This document shows positions 9,729 through 17,541 of a stretch of DNA of 64,000 nucleotides, piece by piece. A program made the position numbers and the translations under genes. The DNA is taken from assembly GCA_963816905.1 (NCBI GenBank), contig CAWFMQ010000020.1, positions 1,862 through 65,861 of the forward strand, read 5' to 3'. Under the pieces are notes generated by a model. It was not told where the DNA came from. It searched no databases and saw only the letters and a program-made list of their open reading frames with translations. Source of the stretch: an uncultured Chloroflexia bacterium (GTDB lineage: Bacteria > Chloroflexota > Limnocylindria > Limnocylindrales > CSP1-4). Numbering within the stretch: the first letter of the stretch is position 1; every line of letters begins with the position of its first letter.

Positions 9729-10389
9729 GGCCCTTCCACCGCCGCCGGCCCGACCGCATCGAGAAGAGTGGGACGCGGCGCGTCGGCATCGCGGGTCCAC
9801 TCGCCAAACCTGCCGCTAGCCCAGCGGGCCGCGCAGCGGACGCAAGCCAAGCATCGCGCACGAAGGAGAGTGCGGCCCGAGCCGGTCTCGCTCCATCACC
9901 ACCGACCACCGACGTTCGCGCCCGCGGCAAGCGGCGGGCTGCACACGAACTCGTCGATGACGAGGCGCGCCGGCCAGGGAAACCCTTGCCGGCGCGGATG
10001 AAGACCGTGCCGCTCGTCGACCATGTCGGCATATGGCAGCCACCGGCGCACGGCGGCGGTCGGCCCGCATGCGGATATTCTTGGTTCGCATGACCTTCCC
10101 CCAAGGATCGAATCCGCCCATGGACCCGCGGTCCAATTCCATCGCGCGGCGATAAGGAAGTCAAGCGGTCGGATTGCAGTTTCGTTCGGTCCCGCTGGCG
10201 AGGAGGGCACCGCGGATCGCCGCGCAGCACCTCCGAGGCGACGTGCGCCGCCACCGGCAGGCGCAGGATCTCGACGGGCACGAGCGCGCCGATCCGAGCA
10301 CGAACTTTCGGCTACAAGCCACTGGTGAAGGGGGATGAGGCGCCGGGCGAGGCGCTTCGGGGTCGCCCCGATCGCCGAGGGGTTGTGGG

Positions 10390-11265
10390 CTATTGCACCA
10401 GCTTCGTGACCGAGAGGTCCCCGTTGGAGGTGCTGGCGTGGATCGTGGCGCCACCCGTGCCGACCTGGCCCGACAGCCCGTCCTTCGTCGTGGTGAGCGG
10501 GAAGTCGGTGCGCACCGTCCCGTTCGAGGTGTGGGCGTCGATGCTGAACGAGGCCGCGGACGGCAACTGGAGCGTCAGGCCGGCATTGCTTGTCCCGAAT
10601 GTCTGCTGGGCCGCGGCGAGCGACCCGTTGAACGCAATATGGCCGTTCGAGGTTTGCACCGTCGCCGTCACATCCGTTGCGCCAAGGACATCCACGCTGC
10701 CGTTGCTCGTCTGCAGCGACAGCGAGCCGGTCGGGTTGGCCGCCGTCACCGCGCCGTTGGAGGTCTGGACGTCGATGCCGCTCCCCTGGCGGGTCGTCAC
10801 GTCACCGTTGGACGTGCGGACGGTGATCGAGCCGGTCACGTTCACGGCCTCGACGCGGCCGTTCGACGTCGTCAACTGGAGCGACGAGGCGCGTGGCAGG
10901 CTGACAGTGACGTCGGCGCCGCTGTTGGTCGCGTTCGGCTGGTCGGTTCGTTTCGCCGTGACGGTGATGGTGTCGCCCGACTGGTTGATCGACACGGCGA
11001 CCTTGGCAAGGTCGCTGTCCGCCTCGGCCTGCGAGTTCCCGGTTCCGCGCGACGTGACCGTTACGCTCGCCGTGGCGTCCGGGCCGGCCGTGACGTTGAT
11101 CGCCCCGTTGAACGTCTGCACGACGAGGTTGGTGGTGGCTCCGACGGTGTAGGTCTGCTGGTCGGTCCGCTTGGAGGTGAACAGTTGGACGGCCGAGCAT
11201 GCGGCAAGCGCAACGATGACCGCGACCAGTCCCACCGCGACGATCGCCGCTCTTCCCTGCTTCAT
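10390..11265 (-). CDS. DUF4097-type beta-strand repeat lipoprotein (putative adhesin-like)
   Basis: MKQGRAAIVAVGLVAVIVALAAC lipobox, then repeated TSNG(x)V/I motifs (TTSNGRVEA, RTSNGDVTT, QTSNGAVTA, QTSNGSVDV, QTSNGHIAF, HTSNGTVRT, STSNGDLSV). GGAGG lies 6 nt upstream of the ATG at 11265. Confidence 0.8.
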   Translation of the reverse strand: MKQGRAAIVAVGLVAVIVALAACSAVQLFTSKRTDQQTYTVGATTNLVVQTFNGAINVTAGPDATASVTVTSRGTGNSQAEADSDLAKVAVSINQSGDTITVTAKRTDQPNATNSGADVTVSLPRASSLQLTTSNGRVEAVNVTGSITVRTSNGDVTTRQGSGIDVQTSNGAVTAANPTGSLSLQTSNGSVDVLGATDVTATVQTSNGHIAFNGSLAAAQQTFGTSNAGLTLQLPSAASFSIDAHTSNGTVRTDFPLTTTKDGLSGQVGTGGATIHASTSNGDLSVTKLVQ

Positions 11266-12890
11266 CGAACGTCCTCCAGTACAGCACGGGCGGCATTGCG
11301 CCCCGGCAGGCCGGTGATCCCTCCGCCCGGGTGGGCACCCGAGCCGCACAGGTACGTGCCGGCAAGCGGCATCCGGTGGCGCGCAAGGCCGACCAGCGGC
11401 CGCCAGGCGAACCACTGGTCCAGCGACGGCTCGCCGTGCATGGCGCCGCCGCCCGTCAGCCCGTACTCGGCATCCATATCGAGCGGCGTGACCACCTGTG
11501 CTGCGAGCACGAGGTCCCCGATGCCCGACGCCACCGCGTCGAGGGTGCGGATCGCGAGGTCGCGGAGCGCGTCGCGACCGGCGTCCCAGGTCCCGTCACG
11601 GAGCCGGTACGGGGCGGACTGCAGCACGATGCTCATGACGTGCCGGACGCCTGCGGAGCGGGCACCGTCGACCAGCAGCGGGTCGACCAGGCTCGGGATG
11701 GTGGCCTCCAGCCAGGGGGCGTCCGAGACGCGCCCGTACTTGGCGGCATCGGCGGCATGGTCGAGGTATGCGACGCTCGGCGCAACGATGATGCGGCCGC
11801 GCAGCCGCAGCCGGCCTTCCTCCCCTTCGAGGCCGGCAAACCGCGGCAGGTCGGACAGGGCCAGGTTGACCTTGGCGGTCACGCCGCCCATGCGAAGACC
11901 CGCCACCTCACCAGCGAGATCGGGGTCGGCGGCGTCCAGGGCATCGCGACCGAGGAGCCCGAGCAACAGCCGTTTCGGATCGACGCCGCCGACCACGATG
12001 CGGGCGTCGATCTCCGTCCCGTCGGCCAGGGCGACCCCGATGGCGCGGCCGCCGCGCCGGCGGATCGCCACCACCTCCGAGGACGTGCGCACTTCCCCGC
12101 CGAAGCGCTCCACTGCCGCGACCAGGGCCTGCGCCAGCGCTCCCGGGCCGCCGCGGGCGTAGACCGTCTCCCCTGCCAGGCCGCTGCCCGTCCCGGCGGC
12201 GTCGGCGAGCATGACCTGGGTGGTGCCGGCCGACCGCGGCCCGAGGGCGGTGTACCGGGTGCCCCGGGTCGCCACGAGGGCGCGCAGGGCGTCCGTCTCG
12301 AAGCGATCCTCCAGGTAGTCCGCGATCGGCATCGGCAGGGCGCGGAGGAGCGTCCGGGCATCCGCGGTCCGGAGACCCCCGAACCGCAGCCCGAGCCGAA
12401 GGCCGGAGATCGCGTCGCCGAGGTCGGGATGGGAAAGGTCCGGGGGGATCGATCGCATGAGTCGATCCAGGAGGCCGGCCAGCGCCCGGACCTCGCGGTC
12501 GGTCTCGGGCCACGCGACCGCGTCGCGCGCCGAGATCCGCACCAGTTCCGCGGCGGTGCGGCCCGGATCCCCCCAGGTGGTGATCGGTGGGCCGTCGGGG
12601 CGAACGGAGACGGCCCGAGCTGCCGGTTGGACGAGGCGCAACCCCGCCTCGCGCAGGCCGAGGTCGCGACTGATCGACCCGCGCAGCCGCCCGACCGTGT
12701 GGGCGAGCACCGGCACCCGCGCGCCCGGCAGGATCTCGGCCGTCTCGAGTGCCCCGCCGGCGATCGAACGCCGTTCCAGCACGACCGTCCGCAGGCCGGC
12801 ACGCGCGAGATAGCCGGCACAGACGAGCCCGTTGTGGCCACCGCCGATGACGATGGCGTCGAATGCGTGCGATGCACCGGGCCGGGTCAT
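11262..12890 (-). CDS. Phytoene-desaturase (CrtI)-family NAD(P)/FAD-dependent oxidoreductase
   Basis: MTRPGASHAFDAIVIGGGHNGLVCAGYLARAGLRTVVLERR (Rossmann GxGxxG), C-terminal YLCGSGAHPGGGITG. The ATG at 12890 overlaps the upstream stop (ATGA). The rest of the 895-aa ORF is out-of-frame read-through of the neighbouring gene. Confidence 0.85.
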   Translation of the reverse strand: MTRPGASHAFDAIVIGGGHNGLVCAGYLARAGLRTVVLERRSIAGGALETAEILPGARVPVLAHTVGRLRGSISRDLGLREAGLRLVQPAARAVSVRPDGPPITTWGDPGRTAAELVRISARDAVAWPETDREVRALAGLLDRLMRSIPPDLSHPDLGDAISGLRLGLRFGGLRTADARTLLRALPMPIADYLEDRFETDALRALVATRGTRYTALGPRSAGTTQVMLADAAGTGSGLAGETVYARGGPGALAQALVAAVERFGGEVRTSSEVVAIRRRGGRAIGVALADGTEIDARIVVGGVDPKRLLLGLLGRDALDAADPDLAGEVAGLRMGGVTAKVNLALSDLPRFAGLEGEEGRLRLRGRIIVAPSVAYLDHAADAAKYGRVSDAPWLEATIPSLVDPLLVDGARSAGVRHVMSIVLQSAPYRLRDGTWDAGRDALRDLAIRTLDAVASGIGDLVLAAQVVTPLDMDAEYGLTGGGAMHGEPSLDQWFAWRPLVGLARHRMPLAGTYLCGSGAHPGGGITGLPGRNAARAVLEDVR

Positions 12891-14512
12891 GGCCCGTCCT
12901 CGCGACCGGCACGCCCCTGCGCCGACGAGCCGCCGCGCCGCGCCCGCAGCACCTCCATCGCCGCGAGGCGCCCGGGCGCGCCCATGATCCCGCCGCCGGG
13001 ATGCGCCGATGAGCCGCAGAGCCAGAGGTCGCGGATCGGTGTGCGGTAGCGCGCATGGCCCGGGACCGGGCGGCTGAAGAACAGCTGCTCCAGGCTGAGC
13101 TCGCCCTGGAAGATGTTGCCCTCGGTGAGGCCGATGGTCCGTTCGAGGTCGAGCGGCGTCACCACCTGGCGGCCGATGATCAGCCCGCGGATGTTCGGAG
13201 CACGTTCCGCCAGCGTGTCGACCACGGTGTCGCCGAAGGCGTCGCGCTGGTCGTCCCAGCTCGCGCCGTCGGCCAGCCGGTATGGCGCGTACTGCACGAA
13301 ACAGCTCATGACGTGCCGGCCGGGTGGGGCCATCGAAGGGTCGAGCAGGGTGGGGATGACGACGTCGATGTACGGCCTGCGGCTGAACCGCCCGGCCTTC
13401 GCATCGTCGTAGGCGCGTTCCATGTAGTCGACCCCGGGCGAGAAGCTGATCGCCCCGCGCAGGTGCGGCCCACCTCCCGGGAGGCAGGTGAAGTCCGGCA
13501 GGCCGGCGAGCGCAAGGTTCACCTTGCCGGACGAGCCACGGAAGCGGAAGCGGCGCACGCCGTCCTCGAATTCGGGGTCGAGCGTCCCGGGCTCCAGGAG
13601 GTCGAGAAACGTCACCTTCGCGTCGGTGCCCGCCAGGACGGTCCGGGCGGCGATCTCCTCGCCCGATTCCAGCACGACGCCCGTCGCGTGTCCGCCCCGC
13701 ACGGCGATCCGGGCGACCGGCGCCCCGGTCCGAATCTCCGCGCCGAACGCCCGCGCCGCGCTCGCGATCGCCTCGCTGACCGCGCCGGTGCCGCCTCGAG
13801 GGACGCCCCAGGCGCGGAACTCGCCGTCGATCTCGCCCATGTAGTGGTGCAGGAGGACGTATGCCGTACCCGGCGACCGCACGCCCAGGAAGGTCCCGAT
13901 GATGCCCGACGCGGACATCGTGGCCTTGAGCGGATCCGTCTCGAACCACTGGTCGAGGAAGTCGGCCGAGCTCATGGTCATGAGCCGGATGAACGTCGCC
14001 TGCTGCCTGCGCGGAAGGGCGGCGAACGCGCGGAGCATGCGGACCGCCCCGAGCGCCTCGCGGGGGTCCGGGCGGCGCGGGTCGACCGGCACGAGGTCCA
14101 GGATCGGCTTGATGAAGCGCGCCATCTCGACCATCAGCCGGCCGTAGTCGTCGTATGCGTCGGCGTCGGCGGGCGACCAGCGACGAAGCTCGCGCTGGGT
14201 CTGCGCGTGATCGTCGGTGCGCCAGAGGTAATCGCCCTCGAGAGGCGTGAACGTGCCGTCCAGCGTCAGGAGTTCCAGCCCACGGCGATGGAGGTCGAGG
14301 TCACGGATGATCTCGGGGCGGAGCAGGCTCACGACGTAGCTCGCGACGCTGAAGCGGAACCCGGGGATGATCTCCTCCGTGACGGCTGCACCACCGAGCA
14401 CCTGGCGGCGCTCCAGGACGAGCGTCCGCATGCCGGCCCTCGCGAGGTACGCGGCGGCAACGAGGCCGTTGTGGCCTCCGCCAACTACGACGGCGTCGTA
14501 TGGTTCGCGCAC
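12887..14512 (-). CDS. Phytoene-desaturase (CrtI)-family oxidoreductase, tandem paralogue
   Basis: VREPYDAVVVGGGHNGLVAAAYLARAGMRTLVLERR...WLCGSSAHPGGGIMG. GTG at 14512 is the only in-frame start candidate near the Rossmann motif. Confidence 0.85.
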   Translation of the reverse strand: MREPYDAVVVGGGHNGLVAAAYLARAGMRTLVLERRQVLGGAAVTEEIIPGFRFSVASYVVSLLRPEIIRDLDLHRRGLELLTLDGTFTPLEGDYLWRTDDHAQTQRELRRWSPADADAYDDYGRLMVEMARFIKPILDLVPVDPRRPDPREALGAVRMLRAFAALPRRQQATFIRLMTMSSADFLDQWFETDPLKATMSASGIIGTFLGVRSPGTAYVLLHHYMGEIDGEFRAWGVPRGGTGAVSEAIASAARAFGAEIRTGAPVARIAVRGGHATGVVLESGEEIAARTVLAGTDAKVTFLDLLEPGTLDPEFEDGVRRFRFRGSSGKVNLALAGLPDFTCLPGGGPHLRGAISFSPGVDYMERAYDDAKAGRFSRRPYIDVVIPTLLDPSMAPPGRHVMSCFVQYAPYRLADGASWDDQRDAFGDTVVDTLAERAPNIRGLIIGRQVVTPLDLERTIGLTEGNIFQGELSLEQLFFSRPVPGHARYRTPIRDLWLCGSSAHPGGGIMGAPGRLAAMEVLRARRGGSSAQGRAGREDGP

Positions 14513-14606
14513 TGCTCCCTCGAAATCACCCGGGCCTGGATGGGAAACGCCGAGTCGCCGGGCGGCGAGGTCATGGTACCCGGCCGGACGGGCGTCGGGC
14601 GCGCGA

Positions 14607-15332
14607 CTACGGACTGGGTGATTGGGCGCCGGGAGTTTGAGTAGCGCCGTTACCCAGCGAGTCGACGATTTCCTGGAGCGGCACGAGCCCGTCCAGCGGC
14701 GTGACCACCATGTCATCGGCGGTGATTGCCCAAGCCTCCAGAAGGGAGGGGCCGTCGGTCGTGGTACCGAGGTAATAGACGGCCCTGGTGCCGACCGCCG
14801 CGTCCAGTGGGTCGCTGACGCTGAACGTATCGCACCCGACGCGGCCTCCCAGGACAAAGACGGAGCCCAGGGTGGTCGAGTCGCCGCGGAGCGTGCGCTC
14901 GACGGCGATGGAAACGGGGCGAACGATGGACAGGCCGTCGGATCGCACCTCGTTCCACGTCGGCCGGTGCCCGTCGGCGGTCGACCACCGGTCCGGCCCA
15001 TACCCGACGAGCGTCCCGACGACCACGATGTCCGAGAAATCCGCCGCGTTTGCGATCGTCGGAGGAATCGGCTCTCCGACGAACGATATCTGGATGCATG
15101 GGCTCTCGGTCACGCGGGGGTCGGTCGGCTTCCTCGGTCCCGGTGACCTGAGGTCCGGAACCGACGTCGGCGTGGAGGTCGGCTTTGGCGACTCGGCCCT
15201 GGCCGCAGTGGGCTCGGGCTTCGGCGTCGGCTCAGTCGAGCCGGCGAGCCGGCAACCGGCCGGACCCACGACGATGGTCGACAGCAGGAGGATGGCGGCG
15301 ACCGACCGCCTTCGATGGCATCGGAAAGTCAT
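14607..15332 (-). CDS. Hypothetical secreted lipoprotein with Pro/Thr-rich linker
   Basis: MTFRCHRRRSVAAILLLSTIVVGPAGC (signal plus lipobox-like Cys), then a PTPKPEPT...linker. Coding-like composition; first gene of the CrtI-like operon. Confidence 0.6.
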   Translation of the reverse strand: MTFRCHRRRSVAAILLLSTIVVGPAGCRLAGSTEPTPKPEPTAARAESPKPTSTPTSVPDLRSPGPRKPTDPRVTESPCIQISFVGEPIPPTIANAADFSDIVVVGTLVGYGPDRWSTADGHRPTWNEVRSDGLSIVRPVSIAVERTLRGDSTTLGSVFVLGGRVGCDTFSVSDPLDAAVGTRAVYYLGTTTDGPSLLEAWAITADDMVVTPLDGLVPLQEIVDSLGNGATQTPGAQSPSP

Positions 15333-15434
15333 GTCGTCTCGTCGGATCACGACATTGGCCGTAGAGCTGACACGAAATGCGGGGCGACTTTACCGGTTGG
15401 CGCATGCTTCGGACAGAGCCGAACGCAATGATCT

Positions 15435-15893
15435 GTGAACGACCAGCGCGAGGTAGCCATGAGCACAAACGCCGTCGCCGACCCTGGGGCCGAGCGCCAC
15501 ACGTTTCCCATCAGCCTCGGCCGTCTGTCGAAGCTCTACCTGCTCTTGTGGGGCGTCCGTCCGAGCCGCGCGGTCGTGGCCGTCGACGACGCCGAGGTCA
15601 CCATCCGGTTCGGGTTCTTCGGCGGTCGGATCCCGGTCGACCAGATCGAGCGTTGGGACATCACCGGGCCCTACCTCTGGGTCAGGGCGATCGGCATCCG
15701 GCACTCCATCGGCCAGCCGGACATCAGCTTCTGCGGCGATTCCCACGGCGCGGTCCGCCTATGGCTGCGGGCGAAGCGCCACATCGCATGGGTCAACGTT
15801 TTGCAGGTGTACGTCGGCGTCGCCGATCTCGACGCGCTGACAGCCGAGCTGACGCGCCGCGGAATCCCGGGCCAGGACCTGCGCGGGCGCTGA
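15435..15893 (+). CDS. Hypothetical protein
   Basis: 152-aa ORF with balanced, non-Arg/Pro-biased composition (…VTIRFGFFGGRIPVDQIERWDITGPYLWVRAIGIRHS…). No family recognised. Confidence 0.45.
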   Translation: MNDQREVAMSTNAVADPGAERHTFPISLGRLSKLYLLLWGVRPSRAVVAVDDAEVTIRFGFFGGRIPVDQIERWDITGPYLWVRAIGIRHSIGQPDISFCGDSHGAVRLWLRAKRHIAWVNVLQVYVGVADLDALTAELTRRGIPGQDLRGR

Positions 15894-15955
15894 CACCCAG
15901 TGTGTCGGAATGGAATACTGGACATGCATACTGTCTCTCATACAACAAGGAGTCC

Positions 15956-16211
15956 ATGCCGATGGTGATGGTCCGCACCACGATCACCCTGCCGGACGAC
16001 GTCCTCGAACAGATCGACGCAATCGTCGGCTCGCGCGGCCGTAGCGCCTTCATCGCGCAGGCTGCCGCAGATCGTGTCAAGCGCGAGCGACTCCGACGCG
16101 CACTGGACGAGACGCGGGGCGCCCTCGTCGGCAAGCCCGTGGATGACTCCGGAGGAGAGCTACCGCGGGGTGCGAGAGCAACGCGACATGACAGGCGACG
16201 AGACGGAATGA
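15956..16211 (+). CDS. vapB: Ribbon-helix-helix (CopG/VapB-like) antitoxin; apparent 1-nt frameshift near 16136
   Basis: MVRTTITLPDDVLEQIDAIVGSRGRSAFIAQAAADRVKRERLRRAL is an RHH fold signature. After ~16136 the paralogue-like tail PWMTPEESYRGVREQRDMTGDETE* reads only in the +1 frame and ends in an ATGA overlap with vapC. Confidence 0.75.
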
Positions 16212-16603
16212 GATACCTCCTGGATACGACCGTCATCGTCGACCACGTTCGAGGTTATGGAGGCGGCAGCGACCTTTTGGCGCGGTTGTTCGAGCAGACC
16301 GCGGATCTCTGCACCTGCGACGTTGTCACCTGCGAGGCGCCCTCGCGTGGTGACGAAGAGGAGCGGCGCACTGTCAGGGCGCTGCTGGAGGCACTCGACT
16401 TTGTCGCGGTGGATCCGGAGGCAGCATGCTGGGCAGGTGACCGGCGTCGAGAGTTGCTGGCAGCCGGCCGCCGGCATCCTGTCGGTGACTCGCTGATCGC
16501 CGGCCTGGCATGGCGGATCGGTGCCACGGTAGTAACGCGGAACGTCCACGACTTCGAGGCGTTGGGCGTTCCGGTCCTCGGTTACGGCGCGCCCAAATCG
16601 TAG
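16208..16603 (+). CDS. vapC: PIN-domain toxin VapC
   Basis: MRYLLDTTVIVDH...CDVVTCE...GDSLIAGLAWRIGATVVTRNVHDF has the conserved acidic PIN residues and the typical C-terminal T(R)N..DF. Confidence 0.85.
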   Translation: MRYLLDTTVIVDHVRGYGGGSDLLARLFEQTADLCTCDVVTCEAPSRGDEEERRTVRALLEALDFVAVDPEAACWAGDRRRELLAAGRRHPVGDSLIAGLAWRIGATVVTRNVHDFEALGVPVLGYGAPKS

Positions 16604-16693
16604 GTCTGCCGCGTCCGGTGGCGATTCGGTCTGCGTGCGGTCTGCTAGCCTCGGACGCAATGCGCGAGTGCCCGTGGTTCGATAGGTTCGGCG

Positions 16694-17219
16694 ATGCGTG
16701 AGGTCTTCGATGTGCTCGAACGCCTTGGTTTTGACCATTTCCTGACCGGATCGGAGGCCGGGTCGCTCTACGGGTGCGTGCGGCAGAGCTTCGACACGGA
16801 CATCGTGGTGGATCTCGACGCCGCGCGGTTCGACCTCGTGGAACACGAGTTCGCCGCCGGCTATGCCGTTTCGCCGCCCCTCGACTTCGGGGACTTCTCG
16901 ATGGCCTCGATCATCTCCACGCAGACGGCGGAGAAGGTGGACCTGATCATGCGGCGGCCGAGCCCGTGGGCGGTCGAGTCAATGCGTCGGCGGCGGCGGC
17001 TCGAGCACCCGGATTTCGGTCGAAATCTGGGTCTGCTCGCTGGAGGACCTCGTCCTTGCCAAGCTCACCTGGTCGGAAGGAACGTCCGAACTCCAGCTGC
17101 GAGACTGCGCGACGCTCCTCCGCGTCAACGCACCGGCGATCGACTGGCCCTATCTCGAGCGCTGGGCGCCCGTGCTCGGCCTCGGCCGGCTGCTGGATCA
17201 GGTTCGTCATGCGCCCTGA
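16694..17219 (+). CDS. Minimal nucleotidyltransferase-fold protein (MNT/DUF6036-like); one frameshift near 17020
   Basis: LTGSEAGSLYGCVRQSFDTDIVVD fits hG[GS]x9-13Dx[DE]. After ~17020 the C-terminus ISVEIWVCSLEDLVLAKLTWSEG...DWPYLERWAPVLGL reads in another frame and stops at 17217-17219. Confidence 0.65.
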
Positions 17220-17541
17220 CCCGGGTCGCCCGATCCAGGAACGCGTGCTTTCGGCAATGTCAATGACCGCCCGCGCAGCAGCTGCGGCCCGACTGCGCGA
17301 CCGCGGCCGGCGGATCGTCTGGCAGCAGGCGAATGTGGCCGGGTCGATGTCGGAGCTGGACCGTGCGATGTTCATCCTCGATCGCCTCTACCCGGGGATG
17401 CCGGCGCGGGCCCGGGAGCAGGTCCGAGCCCGGCTGGCCGCCGACGGAGCAGCCGGAAGCTGGCACGGTTTCGACCGCGACGTGCAGGCCGGCACCGCGA
17501 AGCATCCGCACCGCCCGGACCAGGAACCCACCGATGGATGA
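17209..17541 (+). CDS. Small hypothetical protein (110 aa), translationally coupled on both sides
   Basis: The ATG at 17209 overlaps the upstream stop (ATGCGCCCTGA). Its own stop overlaps the next ATG (ATGGATGA). No recognised domain. Confidence 0.45.
   Translation: MRPDPGRPIQERVLSAMSMTARAAAAARLRDRGRRIVWQQANVAGSMSELDRAMFILDRLYPGMPARAREQVRARLAADGAAGSWHGFDRDVQAGTAKHPHRPDQEPTDG

Noticed and set aside
11262-15001. Track ORFs of 895 aa (11262..13949) and 704 aa (12887..15001) as giant fused proteins
   Set aside because: Only the C-terminal ~540 aa of each has CrtI-family sequence beginning with a Rossmann motif right after an ATGA- or GTG-type start. The N-terminal parts are Arg/Pro-rich out-of-frame read-through of the upstream gene.
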